Source of the DNA: Escherichia phage ukendt
DNA length: 64,000 bases
Sequence record: NC_052661.1
Direction: 5' to 3' (one strand)
Part shown: piece by piece, positions 8,955 to 18,891 of the stretch
Numbering within the stretch: the stretch's first letter is position 1
Layout of the letters: each line of letters starts with the position of its first letter
Program-made: the position numbers and the translations under genes
Notes under the pieces: model-generated
Told to the model about the DNA's origin: nothing
Database searches by the model: none
What the model saw: only the letters and a program-made list of their open reading frames with translations

Positions 8955-9560
8955 TTAAGCCCACCATGCGTCTAAGTTAAGATTACTGTCTACCACAACT
9001 TGTTCTATGTGGTAGCCTTTTATCTGTATCCCACTGTTCAAGAGCATATCATATGCTTCATTGAAACGCAACTTGTCTTCTGCGGAATATAAGCGAGCAT
9101 TATAAAATCGGTAATCAATTTCTTCAGCATTAGAAGAAATACGGAAGAAGTTTGTTTCTACTTCGGGATCACTTGCTGAAGTCTTAATGTGAACTTCTCC
9201 ATAATTTTCTTTGCTTAGATCCATGAAAAGAACACAGGCAACATGTTTAAACATTCGTTCCAGTTTGTAACGAACAACATTGAAACCTGCATTCTCAAGT
9301 TTTTCTACACACTGCAACATTAAAGTAGTGTCGAGATCGCTTTGATACTTTGTTAACATACGATCACGTTGAGACTTTGTATCCCGATGTAAATCAATTG
9401 TTGTGCATTTGGCACCAATAATCTTAGCTGCTTTCATCAACTCTTCAGAACTAACGTTAGATAAAGTAAGATGAAAATGGGCTTTCCACACTTTTTTAGC
9501 AGGGACACCAAAAGATTTATCCCCACTATTCGGCATGTTGACTACTACACTATGTTGCAT
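8955..9560 (-). CDS. hypothetical protein
   Basis: 201 aa ORF. Confidence 0.5.
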   Translation of the reverse strand: MQHSVVVNMPNSGDKSFGVPAKKVWKAHFHLTLSNVSSEELMKAAKIIGAKCTTIDLHRDTKSQRDRMLTKYQSDLDTTLMLQCVEKLENAGFNVVRYKLERMFKHVACVLFMDLSKENYGEVHIKTSASDPEVETNFFRISSNAEEIDYRFYNARLYSAEDKLRFNEAYDMLLNSGIQIKGYHIEQVVVDSNLNLDAWWA

Positions 9561-9575
9561 TACTTATCTCCTCAC

Positions 9576-9800
9576 TTAAAATGGAAGTCTTTGAAGTTCA
9601 TCTCCTCCGATATCAAGTAATTTAGCAACATCTCGATCAGAAAGCAACTCTTTTCTTTGTAAAATATCCACAAGGGTTGCAAGAATGTCCTTAACGTCCC
9701 GATCACTGTTCTTCAAAAGTTCTCCTGCCGTCCCTACCCTATCTCCTACAGCAAAATATGTAACCATAAAACCTCCTACGCTAATCTGATTGCCAACCAC
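9576..9800 (-). CDS. hypothetical protein
   Basis: 74 aa ORF overlapping nrdG 3' end by 20 nt. Confidence 0.3.
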   Translation of the reverse strand: MVGNQISVGGFMVTYFAVGDRVGTAGELLKNSDRDVKDILATLVDILQRKELLSDRDVAKLLDIGGDELQRLPF

Positions 9801-10251
9801 TCGCCGTTTTTGTCCATAATCTTTGATTATCTGACCCTCTGAAAGGTTTTGTGGTTGGATTGTTTATTTCATACTTTCCGTCTACAATAATGTCAACAAG
9901 ATTTTTAATATACAAAGGCACTTCCTCAAAAGTATATCCTGTATACACCATTATATCTTTGCTTGACCCATAAACGTCTCTAACCTTTTCTATAAGGTTT
10001 TTAACATTGTAAATATTCTGCGGATCTAATGGTTCTCCTCCTAAAATTGTTAAACCTTTTACAAACGGTCTTGACAAATCTTTTAAAACTTGCTCTACAT
10101 TTTCGTTAGTGAACGGTTTCCCATAAGAATAAGACCAGGCTTTCTGGTTAAAACAGCCACGACAACCGTGGCTACAACCACTAACCCAGAGGGAGCACCT
10201 AACTCCCTCACCATTAATAAGATCTACAGGTTCATATCCTGCAAAATTCAA
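9781..10251 (-). CDS. nrdG: anaerobic ribonucleotide reductase activating protein (radical SAM)
   Basis: 156 aa; CSHGCRGC cysteine cluster; immediately downstream of nrdD with overlapping stop/start. Confidence 0.75.
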   Translation of the reverse strand: MNFAGYEPVDLINGEGVRCSLWVSGCSHGCRGCFNQKAWSYSYGKPFTNENVEQVLKDLSRPFVKGLTILGGEPLDPQNIYNVKNLIEKVRDVYGSSKDIMVYTGYTFEEVPLYIKNLVDIIVDGKYEINNPTTKPFRGSDNQRLWTKTASGWQSD

Positions 10252-12062
10252 AGATGTTTCTCCCTTTGCAAAACTTCCTGCATTTTACCTTTGTTATAAG
10301 GCCGTGAATTAGGGGCAGAAAGATACCCTGATACACGTCTAACTACAGAAATAGTTTCTTCTTCATGGTTGCCACAATTAGGACACTCAAACCCTTTAGC
10401 CGTTGCCTTAAATTCTCCATGAAAACCACACTTAAAGCATTGATCCACGGGCTGATTAATACCAAAATAGTGAATATGTTCATAAGCGTAGTCTACTAAA
10501 GTCTCCAAAGCTTCTAAGTTATTCTTTAAGTTTGGTGTTTCGACATAACTTATGTTACCACCATTGCTAATCTGTGCAAAACCTGCTTCATAATCCCATT
10601 TTTCAAAAGGATTTGTTACCAACCATACAGGTTGATGAAAAGAATTAGTAAGATAATCTCTTTCTACCAGACCTGGATATTTTTCATTTAAAGCTGTTGC
10701 AAATTTATAGCACAAGGATTCTGCTGGAGTTCCATAAAGACTAAATGCCAACTTAGATCGTTCTTTAAACACAGCACACACATCTTTCATATGTTGCAGA
10801 ATGTTTTTACCTAGTGCCTTTTTATCTTTTTCCTCTGGATAAAGGATTTCCAAAGCTTCGGCAAGACCTACATAACCAATACTAATAGAAGCATAACCAC
10901 CTTCAAACAAAGCACCAATTTCATCGTTGGCATTTAAACGCGCTAAAGCCCCTTCCATGAAAAGAATAGGGTTTTCAGATGCTTTGGTATGTCTGATACG
11001 GTTTACACGTAGCATGTGAGCATCGTAGGCTATCTCCATATGTTTATTAAGAAGATCGGTGAAAGATTCTCCTTTACTTCTCGCTTCCGCAGCAATCAGA
11101 GGCAAGTTGATAGAAACTACTCCAAGGTTGAATCGTCCATCATATTTTTCTCCTTGTTCGGTGGCATAGTACGACAAAAAGGAACGACAACCCATACTCG
11201 TAACAGTACCATCTGCTGATCCCGTAACTTCTTTGTTCAAAGGAACAGAAATAAAGTCTGGATAAATACGATCAGCACAACATGCCAAAGCTTGTTGCTT
11301 AAGGTCATAGTTAGGATCACTAGGTTTCATGTTAACGCCTTCTTGTAAAAAGAAAATAACTTTAGGGAATACAGGCGTTACATGATCTTTGCCTAGACCA
11401 TTACTATGCACTTTAAGATAGTTAGCTGTGATCATTCTGCCAAAAACAGAGGTATCCAGACCCATACTGATTGTAATAAAAGGAGATTGTCCATTTACAC
11501 TCATTAAAGTATTAACCTGATACAAGAGAGTTTGCATAGCATCATATACATCTTGTTCGGTCATTTCCAGGGCTTCTTTCCTTGCATAACAGCCGTAGCG
11601 ACGTTTGGTTATCTCCATGTTTTTAAGGAAACTAGCTTCAACATAAGGACTAAGACCTTTATCAATGTGCGCACACGTTTGACCTCCATACTGACTGGAG
11701 GCAACAGCTTGAATGATTTGAGTTAGCACTGTAGTAGCTACCCCAATAGATTTTGGTTTTTCTATCTGTGCGGCTCCGATCTTAAAACCATTCTCTAACA
11801 TATCTTGATAATTAACAAGACAACAGTTTGTAAGAGGAGAGAGCAGATAATCCAAGTCGTGAATATGCCCAAAACCTTCTGTATGCCATTCTGACAAGTT
11901 TTTTGGCAGTATCTGTGTCATTGCCATATGTTTGCTTAAAATCCCCGCCAAGAGATCCCTATGCGTGTTAACGAGGTGGGAAGGTTTATTTGCATTCTCT
12001 CTAGTGTATGTTTCTGAAGTGCGATCTAAAAAAGAAAAAACATCTTGGTACAAATCTTTCAT
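10248..12062 (-). CDS. nrdD: anaerobic ribonucleoside-triphosphate reductase (class III)
   Basis: 604 aa; C-terminal glycine-radical motif RRVSGYL preceded by CxxC..CxxC zinc ribbon. Confidence 0.85.
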   Translation of the reverse strand: MKDLYQDVFSFLDRTSETYTRENANKPSHLVNTHRDLLAGILSKHMAMTQILPKNLSEWHTEGFGHIHDLDYLLSPLTNCCLVNYQDMLENGFKIGAAQIEKPKSIGVATTVLTQIIQAVASSQYGGQTCAHIDKGLSPYVEASFLKNMEITKRRYGCYARKEALEMTEQDVYDAMQTLLYQVNTLMSVNGQSPFITISMGLDTSVFGRMITANYLKVHSNGLGKDHVTPVFPKVIFFLQEGVNMKPSDPNYDLKQQALACCADRIYPDFISVPLNKEVTGSADGTVTSMGCRSFLSYYATEQGEKYDGRFNLGVVSINLPLIAAEARSKGESFTDLLNKHMEIAYDAHMLRVNRIRHTKASENPILFMEGALARLNANDEIGALFEGGYASISIGYVGLAEALEILYPEEKDKKALGKNILQHMKDVCAVFKERSKLAFSLYGTPAESLCYKFATALNEKYPGLVERDYLTNSFHQPVWLVTNPFEKWDYEAGFAQISNGGNISYVETPNLKNNLEALETLVDYAYEHIHYFGINQPVDQCFKCGFHGEFKATAKGFECPNCGNHEEETISVVRRVSGYLSAPNSRPYNKGKMQEVLQREKHL

Positions 12063-12133
12063 TATTAATCCTTATTTTGTGAGTAGAACTATTATTCTAC
12101 CTCTTCCAACCGAAAAAAGCTTTGAGGAAAATC

Positions 12134-12160
12134 AAAAAAGGCGCAAACTGCGCCTTTAAG
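12134..12160 (-). terminator. rho-independent terminator
   Basis: AAAGGCGC-5 nt-GCGCCTTT hairpin followed by TTTTGATTTT on the minus strand, just past the stop at 12163. Confidence 0.6.
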
Positions 12161-12162
12161 TT

Positions 12163-13524
12163 TTATTGTTTGGAGAGGAATTGTCTTCCCATGATCTTAC
12201 CGTTCTTTACAGCGGTCCCATCATGTCCATTATAATCCCAAGTTCCATCGATATTACGCAAGAAGCTATCACGAACAGTGTAGGCTTTACCGTTCTCTAC
12301 TTTACTTTCTTCAACAATGATTGCCATAACAAGCTTATTTTCAATTTCGGTAGTAACTGATTCTTTAATACCCTTTGTAACTTCACGATCATATTGGATA
12401 TAAACTCGCTCCTCGGTCACTTGCACGTCTACCACATTTTTAAATGTGTATGTCTGCTGTGTAGTGTAAAGGACACGAACGACACTCTTCTTACCTACTG
12501 GCGGCTTCTGACGACGCTTGCGGTAACGTGGTTTAGGGTTGTTAGTTGGAAGCCAACCAACAATATCCCGATCCTGTTCATGATGACCCCAAGTGAAATG
12601 CGTAGCCGATCCACTATCCGTAGTTCCGTCACGGAAGAGAACTTCTACGTGACCACCACAAGGGCGGTGTCCACCATTATGATAGTTGTATTTTGCCGTG
12701 CGCGGGAGAATGAAGTATTCTTTAATCGCCCATTCTTCCAGATCGTGATTATTGTCAACACTCCAGTTGAATACTGTCCCCTTAGCAACCTCTGTTTTAC
12801 CGTTGTTGAAGCGAACCTGCACGAAATCTTCTGAAGGCATAACACCTGTATTAGGAATATAGGTAGGCTCTGTGTCTTCTGGTTCAAAAGTCTCTTTTTG
12901 TTGTTCCACATCTTCCACTTTTCTTACATGTTTAGTATAAAACATATCTTTAAACTCCTGTGCTTCAACCTCAACTGCAAATTCATGTTCTCTGACAGCC
13001 GGAGGCACAAGGCTTCCACACTCAAGATGTAGAGCATCCAGACCTGCCATTTTATCGTAAAAGATAACTTTTCGATACTTCTTACCGTCTTCTGGAATAG
13101 CAGGGTCTACTCGTTTAAGACGGGAAGCATCGCTTTTAGTCCAAAAACTCTTCCCTGTTGTATTATTGAAAGTAGTAATCATTTCTCCAATTTCTTCTTC
13201 AGAAAGGTTACTAGTGTCTGTGTAAACATCTTCAATTTTTAGCATTTTAGTTTTCTTAAAAATTAAATCTAGCATTGCATCTCCTGTAAAACGTAGTTCA
13301 TTATCTCCTACTGTCGGCTCTCCAGAAAATTCATCGGTCCCGACTGTGTGACAGATGTATGGAAAATTTGTGCAACCGTGTAAAAGAGCATATTGTCCTG
13401 TAAGTTTAGGATCTGTCTCTTTAGTCCAACCATATGCAATCTCAATAGCTTTGCAAAGCCTATCGAACAAGCCCCGATTGTTTGCCGCTGTTACCAAATC
13501 TTGCTTATGTGCATATACATTCAT
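12163..13524 (-). CDS. hypothetical protein (weak RNase III-like signature)
   Basis: 453 aa; ELRFTGDAM resembles the RNase III ERLEFLGDA signature, no other support. Confidence 0.5.
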   Translation of the reverse strand: MNVYAHKQDLVTAANNRGLFDRLCKAIEIAYGWTKETDPKLTGQYALLHGCTNFPYICHTVGTDEFSGEPTVGDNELRFTGDAMLDLIFKKTKMLKIEDVYTDTSNLSEEEIGEMITTFNNTTGKSFWTKSDASRLKRVDPAIPEDGKKYRKVIFYDKMAGLDALHLECGSLVPPAVREHEFAVEVEAQEFKDMFYTKHVRKVEDVEQQKETFEPEDTEPTYIPNTGVMPSEDFVQVRFNNGKTEVAKGTVFNWSVDNNHDLEEWAIKEYFILPRTAKYNYHNGGHRPCGGHVEVLFRDGTTDSGSATHFTWGHHEQDRDIVGWLPTNNPKPRYRKRRQKPPVGKKSVVRVLYTTQQTYTFKNVVDVQVTEERVYIQYDREVTKGIKESVTTEIENKLVMAIIVEESKVENGKAYTVRDSFLRNIDGTWDYNGHDGTAVKNGKIMGRQFLSKQ

Positions 13525-14075
13525 AATAACCCTCCTCGTTTTATTGCAATAGATGCCCTAGGCTCTGCGATACCAGTGGCGTATAAATATGGATGACCTT
13601 GTGGAGAAGTTCTCATCCCAAACGAACCTAATTCTAACCCATACATATCTTCCACGTCAAGACCAATATCTGTCTCTATGATTTGAGTTTGAACTTTGTA
13701 ATACGTCCAAAAGAAATAGCGCATAGTTTCGGCATATTCTTTGACGGACGCTCCTGGATAAAACTCAATAATTTCCAACTTTAAGAAAATGTTAAAATGA
13801 GCATCATCCAACTCTTCTTCTGTTCGGTAGCAAGGTGTTAGAGCCATATAAGGATGATCTGTTGAAAATTCAAACCCATCTTTCTCCATCTGGAGGAAAG
13901 ACTGCTCTGCACTGGCTACGTAGAACTTACCATTAGGATGCCCCAAGGGGCGATCCTCTTTACCTTCTGGTAATGTATATGCAAGGATATCCGCATCTAC
14001 AAGATAAGGGACTTCCAACATCTCCGCAAATCGCCCGTAGTAATCAATAGCTTGAGCAATAACAGCTACGTTCAT
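13521..14075 (-). CDS. hypothetical protein
   Basis: 184 aa ORF, stop/start coupled to neighbours. Confidence 0.5.
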   Translation of the reverse strand: MNVAVIAQAIDYYGRFAEMLEVPYLVDADILAYTLPEGKEDRPLGHPNGKFYVASAEQSFLQMEKDGFEFSTDHPYMALTPCYRTEEELDDAHFNIFLKLEIIEFYPGASVKEYAETMRYFFWTYYKVQTQIIETDIGLDVEDMYGLELGSFGMRTSPQGHPYLYATGIAEPRASIAIKRGGLL

Positions 14076-14323
14076 GATCTTCCTCCTGTGCGGAAAGCGC
14101 GTTTAGTAATGCCGGACATAATGATTAAATCTTGTAAAGTCATATCTGGGAACTGTTGTTCTAAAACTCCTTCAACAGCCCCTATAATATCTGATAATTC
14201 AACAAGTTGCATTATTTTGCAATCCTGTTCAACAGCATCAAAAAGTTCTTCTACTTCCTCTTTAATCTTTTCTATGCTGCCATAAGGTTGTTTCTTAATG
14301 TCTGTTATGTGATACCCTGCCAT
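14072..14323 (-). CDS. small all-alpha protein, possibly MazG/HisE-like NTP pyrophosphohydrolase
   Basis: 83 aa; EExxE-rich helical pattern. Confidence 0.35.
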   Translation of the reverse strand: MAGYHITDIKKQPYGSIEKIKEEVEELFDAVEQDCKIMQLVELSDIIGAVEGVLEQQFPDMTLQDLIIMSGITKRAFRTGGRS

Positions 14324-15916
14324 TTAACGATCCTCTCTGATTTGATTAATCTTACGAGCAAGGGCAGCTATAAGTTTATCTTCTTCGGATATAGGAGCCG
14401 TGCTCTTACCTAAACGATGCATGTCTAGAATCTCTTGAACAGTCCGGTTCCATTGTAGACATTTAATACAACGTGTATGTGCAACATACAGAAGATTTCG
14501 TTCTGATTCTTCAAGACCTACCCACTCACCCTTCTTATCATAATTAGAAGGAAAGTCATTTGCAACAATAACCTGATCCCACTCCAAACCTTTTGATTTA
14601 TGGGCCGTAGTTAAAGTAACTTTAGCCGTTGGAGAGTTACGGTGCATACGTAAAGTGTATGCAATATTATTAGCTTTACCAGAAACAACAATGTTTAAAA
14701 GTCGTTTTGCATCAGGATCTGATTCTGCACACTCTACAAATTCTTCCCAAGAAGTGTAAGGTAGAACTGTCTCATGCTTAACTTTGTCCAAATCACCTCT
14801 ACGTAAAGCATTAACACTATCAACCATAGAAATGAAATCTTTGGTATCTACGTTAATAATAATCTCTTCTCCGTTAGCGATTCGATCCATAGCTTCGAGC
14901 AACAGGGTCAAATTCTTACGGAAAATAATGGTGTAAGGTTTACTATAATCTACCACATCAGAATGAAAACTTCCAGTGACAGTATCATAACCTTTCCCTA
15001 CCAGCGGATGCTTCAGAGGTGAGCGATCAGAAAGGATCGCATTAGCAATGTCCGCAACTTTAGGACCAAAGCGAAAACAAGCTGTCAGAGGCAACTCAAC
15101 CCCATATGTAGCCGTTTGCTTCATCATGTTCTGGCTTCCACGGAACTGATAAATACTCTGAAATTCATCACCCACAACAACAATACGTTTAGCCGATTTA
15201 GCATTGCGAAGGATAGACAGGAATGCAGGGTTAACATCCTGGAATTCATCTCCAAAAATAATATCGTATCCTAAATCTTCTTTACTCAATTCAAAGAGTT
15301 TCACATAGGTGTCATGAGTCATAATGGTTTCTGATTTAGGATCAATACGCTCACGCCAAAGTTGCTTCGCATATTTAACAACTTCGTTAATAAGTTTTTG
15401 TTCGTTGATGTTCTTACGTTTAAGATCTGACATATGCACTTTAGGAAAATGTTTATGTCCAATATGTTCATCGTCAGAAAACTCATATTTAGCTAAAGTT
15501 TGTTTTACCATTAACCCGATCATTGCACGAGTCAGTAGCACTTTACCATTCTTATCAATCAAGTTCTGAATCTTGAATTTTTTGGCAATCTCACTACCAG
15601 TTCCAGCTACGTTAACATATTGGCCTTCTGGACGAGACAATTTGTGTCGAAGGTTTTGTGGAAGACGCTGGTAACAGATTGAATGTAGCGTTCGGCACAT
15701 AACATTAGGCGGCATTTTACGTCGAGCTTCCTCTGCCATACTTTTGTTAAACGCCAAGTATAGAATACTATCATTTGTGCCATTAGCCAACATATACAGT
15801 GTTGACGTTTTACCTGATCCAGATTTAGCTTGAATTGTAACGAAACGATTTTCTTGATACCCACTTTCAATAGCGTATTGTTCATCGGTAGGTGTAAAAC
15901 TCAATTGTGTAGACAC
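14324..15916 (-). CDS. SF1 DNA helicase (UvrD/Dda-like)
   Basis: 530 aa; Walker A AKSGSGKTS near N-terminus, DEFQ-type Walker B. Confidence 0.6.
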   Translation of the reverse strand: MSTQLSFTPTDEQYAIESGYQENRFVTIQAKSGSGKTSTLYMLANGTNDSILYLAFNKSMAEEARRKMPPNVMCRTLHSICYQRLPQNLRHKLSRPEGQYVNVAGTGSEIAKKFKIQNLIDKNGKVLLTRAMIGLMVKQTLAKYEFSDDEHIGHKHFPKVHMSDLKRKNINEQKLINEVVKYAKQLWRERIDPKSETIMTHDTYVKLFELSKEDLGYDIIFGDEFQDVNPAFLSILRNAKSAKRIVVVGDEFQSIYQFRGSQNMMKQTATYGVELPLTACFRFGPKVADIANAILSDRSPLKHPLVGKGYDTVTGSFHSDVVDYSKPYTIIFRKNLTLLLEAMDRIANGEEIIINVDTKDFISMVDSVNALRRGDLDKVKHETVLPYTSWEEFVECAESDPDAKRLLNIVVSGKANNIAYTLRMHRNSPTAKVTLTTAHKSKGLEWDQVIVANDFPSNYDKKGEWVGLEESERNLLYVAHTRCIKCLQWNRTVQEILDMHRLGKSTAPISEEDKLIAALARKINQIREDR

Positions 15917-15930
15917 GTATTTCTCCTCTC

Positions 15931-16446
15931 TTAATAAAAACTCTTGACAATCCTCATCATTTCCTTAGCTCTGCTGGCGTAAGGTTCTTTTAGATTAGGT
16001 GGCAAATGTGCATTAATGTATCCCATTTGTTTTTCCCATGTCCACTTATCTTTAAATCTTGGCATGGTGTCTCCTGCTAAACTGTTTTCTTTTCGTGTTT
16101 GAATAATCCAATTACATGGAAAATGCACACCACCTTTACGGAAGGGAATATAATGTCCCAATGTGAATGCCTTATTGTTCTTTAAACGTCCAGCTAAATT
16201 AAGATTAACAATAAGACTACGAAACACGTAGTATTGATAAAGATTGTCAACAGTATATACAGAGTAGTATGCTCTAAGTGCATTATCTCGACTAAGATTA
16301 CCAACATCCAAACTGCACCAGTTTAAATTACTTGGATCGTAGTTGTGATTATCAATCCATTCTTCTCTTTCCTCAAATTCTGCATTAACAGCAGACTGCC
16401 CTGTTGTAGATACAAAAAGAGAATTTGCATCAAAGAACATACTCAC
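15931..16446 (-). CDS. hypothetical protein
   Basis: 171 aa ORF. Confidence 0.5.
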   Translation of the reverse strand: MSMFFDANSLFVSTTGQSAVNAEFEEREEWIDNHNYDPSNLNWCSLDVGNLSRDNALRAYYSVYTVDNLYQYYVFRSLIVNLNLAGRLKNNKAFTLGHYIPFRKGGVHFPCNWIIQTRKENSLAGDTMPRFKDKWTWEKQMGYINAHLPPNLKEPYASRAKEMMRIVKSFY

Positions 16447-16454
16447 TCCCCCCT

Positions 16455-16808
16455 CTAGTTTACATCGTTTAGAGCATTACCAATCTTTAAGATAATAACA
16501 TCATTAAGAGCTTCTTCTCCATTAAGGCCAGAGAAAGCAGGAGTAACGAAAGTTACCATATAATAATGGTCTTCTTGTAGAATTGCGATAACGCCGTCTA
16601 GTTTAACATCTCCTGTGAAACGAAAAACTTTCAACTTTTGTTCTAAAGGAAGATCTCCTTCAACATTTAAAACCATATCTCCGACACCAAACTTTTCTGC
16701 CCCGATGTAGATGTAAGCTTGGTCCTCTTTTTTATGATAATACAATGTTGCTTGTTTGTCTTGTAGTGTTGTGATACCAAACACATCTACATCAATAATA
16801 TTTTTCAA
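16455..16808 (-). CDS. hypothetical protein
   Basis: 117 aa ORF. Confidence 0.5.
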   Translation of the reverse strand: MKNIIDVDVFGITTLQDKQATLYYHKKEDQAYIYIGAEKFGVGDMVLNVEGDLPLEQKLKVFRFTGDVKLDGVIAILQEDHYYMVTFVTPAFSGLNGEEALNDVIILKIGNALNDVN

Positions 16809-16820
16809 AAAATTCTCCTC

Positions 16821-17364
16821 TTATTTTGTGTTGACCTTATTTCGCATTAACCTGTGGGATACAGAGTTGCGAGATCTGTTTAGAACCTTACCAATCCCTG
16901 CATGACTATACCCTTCACTATTTAACTTTTCAAGAATCTGGTCTTCTTCCTCTGTCCAGTAGCGGCGTTTAGCTTGTCTATCATCCACACCATACATGAT
17001 AGGTTGCTTTACATCCATCACTTTTAGCAATCTGACAGCCTCTTCCGCTTTCTCTTTTTTTGAAACGGAGATAAGGGATTAAATTCTCAAGCAATCTTAT
17101 CACACTTTCTCTGCTGCTAACATTGATATTATACATCAAATTATCATATTTTTCAGCCCAAGCTACGCGCGATGTGAAAGAGACAGTATATCCATAACTT
17201 TCCAACTCTTTAGCCAAATCGGTCATTTCTTCTGCCGATCTCTCGTGTTGTGTAAGGTTTACTGTGTAGGAGTCTGAAGTCTCCCTGTTTCTGCTTATAA
17301 TAGACCCATCACAATCTATGCAACCTGCGTAGTAAGCATAAAACAGTTGTTCTTTTATGTCCAC
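16821..17364 (-). pseudogene. LAGLIDADG homing endonuclease, split by a frameshift at an A7 run
   Basis: Upstream ORF carries YYAGCIDCDGSI (LAGLIDADG-like); the downstream frame opens at the A7 run 17055-17061 and encodes an HTH-like tail. Confidence 0.45.
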
Positions 17365-17368
17365 AATA

Positions 17369-17731
17369 TTAACCTAAACACATACGTGCGATCAGACCCT
17401 GGATGAGTTTATCTGCTTCTTCACGATCATAGTCGGTATCTTCTATACCACCATCTTCGTCACGATAAACTTTACCTTCCAGGTACCCAGCATCGATCAA
17501 ACCAATAATCAAATCAAACTGCCAGCAAGAGTTACCGAAAGGGCGTTTTCCACTGAAACTGTCTTCTTCTTCCCAAAGTGTAGAGAGCAGTCGTCTGAAA
17601 TATTCACGCACAGTAACAGTTCCAAGATCATCGTCTTCAAAAACAACATCTAAAGCGTCTGGTTCAGCTTTCTCTACAACAGGCACATAACGTTGACCAT
17701 TAATAACAACATCTACAATCGTTTCTCTCAT
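17369..17731 (-). CDS. hypothetical protein
   Basis: 120 aa ORF. Confidence 0.5.
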   Translation of the reverse strand: MRETIVDVVINGQRYVPVVEKAEPDALDVVFEDDDLGTVTVREYFRRLLSTLWEEEDSFSGKRPFGNSCWQFDLIIGLIDAGYLEGKVYRDEDGGIEDTDYDREEADKLIQGLIARMCLG

Positions 17732-18090
17732 TTTTCCTCCTTCTTGTATTCTAAGAACATGTCAACTTCATAAGCTGTCCGTTCATTAAATTTACTAGGA
17801 TCTACTAAAATAAAAAGTTGTTTATTTATATCTTGAAACTCTTTTACTACAATGTAAAGGTGTTTCTTACAAGAGAAGCCTGTTGCTTGATAAGCATCGC
17901 CCCAATCATCCACACCTTTTAATGTTTCTACATACTTACATTTTATTTTATCTTTACCGTCTTGGTAAAGTGCTTCACCTCCGAACCATGTGAAGAATTT
18001 AGTGCGATCTGCCCCAACCTTAAAGCCGTCACGAGCAAAAACACCAGCAGAGGCTAATAACAGCAAGGCAAACAGCACTTTTCTCATCAC
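17728..18090 (-). CDS. secreted protein
   Basis: 120 aa; signal peptide MMRKVLFALLLLASAGVFA. Confidence 0.5.
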   Translation of the reverse strand: MMRKVLFALLLLASAGVFARDGFKVGADRTKFFTWFGGEALYQDGKDKIKCKYVETLKGVDDWGDAYQATGFSCKKHLYIVVKEFQDINKQLFILVDPSKFNERTAYEVDMFLEYKKEEK

Positions 18091-18395
18091 ATCTCCTCGT
18101 CGGACTTCAAGGCTTTAGAGAATACTACATTAAACATTTCACCGCAACCATTATTAACATAATACATGATGTAATTATCATCTTCGTCTACAGGCGCACG
18201 ATACTCCAATTCATAACTATACAGATTAGAATTACTTGTGCAACCTTGTGGATACCAAAAGTAAAGTTCACCACAAGATTCTACCCATTTAAGACCAGTC
18301 CGATCTTCAAACACCAATGTAGAAGGGTTTTCTGAATCTTTCACAGCTTCTTCATACTGTTGATGTACCATAACTGCTAATGATAATGTACTCAT
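18087..18395 (-). CDS. hypothetical protein
   Basis: ORF 18087..18398 in track; ATG at 18395 with GGAGG RBS preferred. Confidence 0.5.
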   Translation of the reverse strand: MSTLSLAVMVHQQYEEAVKDSENPSTLVFEDRTGLKWVESCGELYFWYPQGCTSNSNLYSYELEYRAPVDEDDNYIMYYVNNGCGEMFNVVFSKALKSDEEM

Positions 18396-18568
18396 CACGC
18401 CTCCAAATAGTGTTTACAAATGACAAAACGCCATGTTTGTTTATAATAGTCTCTTTTTTCAAGAGCCTCTTTGTAAGAGGGTATACGTTGCGACAGAAGC
18501 ATCCATTCACAATCTGCACCCATTCTTCCATAAAGCGCGTAACGGATGTTACTTTGTTTATCTCCCAT
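18395..18568 (-). CDS. hypothetical small protein
   Basis: 57 aa ORF not in track; RBS AAGGAGG; stop overlaps next start (ATGA). Confidence 0.3.
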   Translation of the reverse strand: MGDKQSNIRYALYGRMGADCEWMLLSQRIPSYKEALEKRDYYKQTWRFVICKHYLEA

Positions 18569-18611
18569 AAATGCCTCCTTAATCTTGTTTACAAGTATAC
18601 CCTCTAATTAG

Positions 18612-18809
18612 TTACACTTTTTCCCAAGTACCAAAAGCACAGGAAGGGTAGATTCCAACTTGAGGGTTTCCGTTATCATCTTTGAAAGTAAAACTGTTGT
18701 TGTCTTTATCAAGAACTGTAGAATAAATCTTACCAACAGTAACGCAGTTGGAAGCTTGACCCAGTTCAGTGAGAGTAAGACATTTCATTTTCTGTTTCTT
18801 TGTAGCCAT
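18612..18809 (-). CDS. hypothetical protein
   Basis: 65 aa ORF with sigma70-like promoter upstream. Confidence 0.5.
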   Translation of the reverse strand: MATKKQKMKCLTLTELGQASNCVTVGKIYSTVLDKDNNSFTFKDDNGNPQVGIYPSCAFGTWEKV

Positions 18810-18839
18810 TTATAAAATCTCCTTAGTAAGTGAATCTTT

Positions 18840-18869
18840 ATTCTACACAAAGAGCTTTGCACATGTCAA
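18840..18869 (-). promoter_or_regulatory. sigma70-like promoter
   Basis: On the minus strand: TTGACA, 18 nt, TAGAAT, upstream of the gene starting at 18809. Confidence 0.45.
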
Positions 18870-18891
18870 GTAACTCTTTGTCAGATTAGTC

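Noticed and set aside
10248-12062. Group I intron or intein within nrdD
   Set aside because: The ORF is uninterrupted at 604 aa with the glycine-radical motif in frame, so there is no sign of an insertion.
18380-18607. Plus-strand ORF (75 aa)
   Set aside because: Antisense to a minus-strand small gene (18395..18568) that has a strong RBS; lies inside a uniformly minus-strand block.
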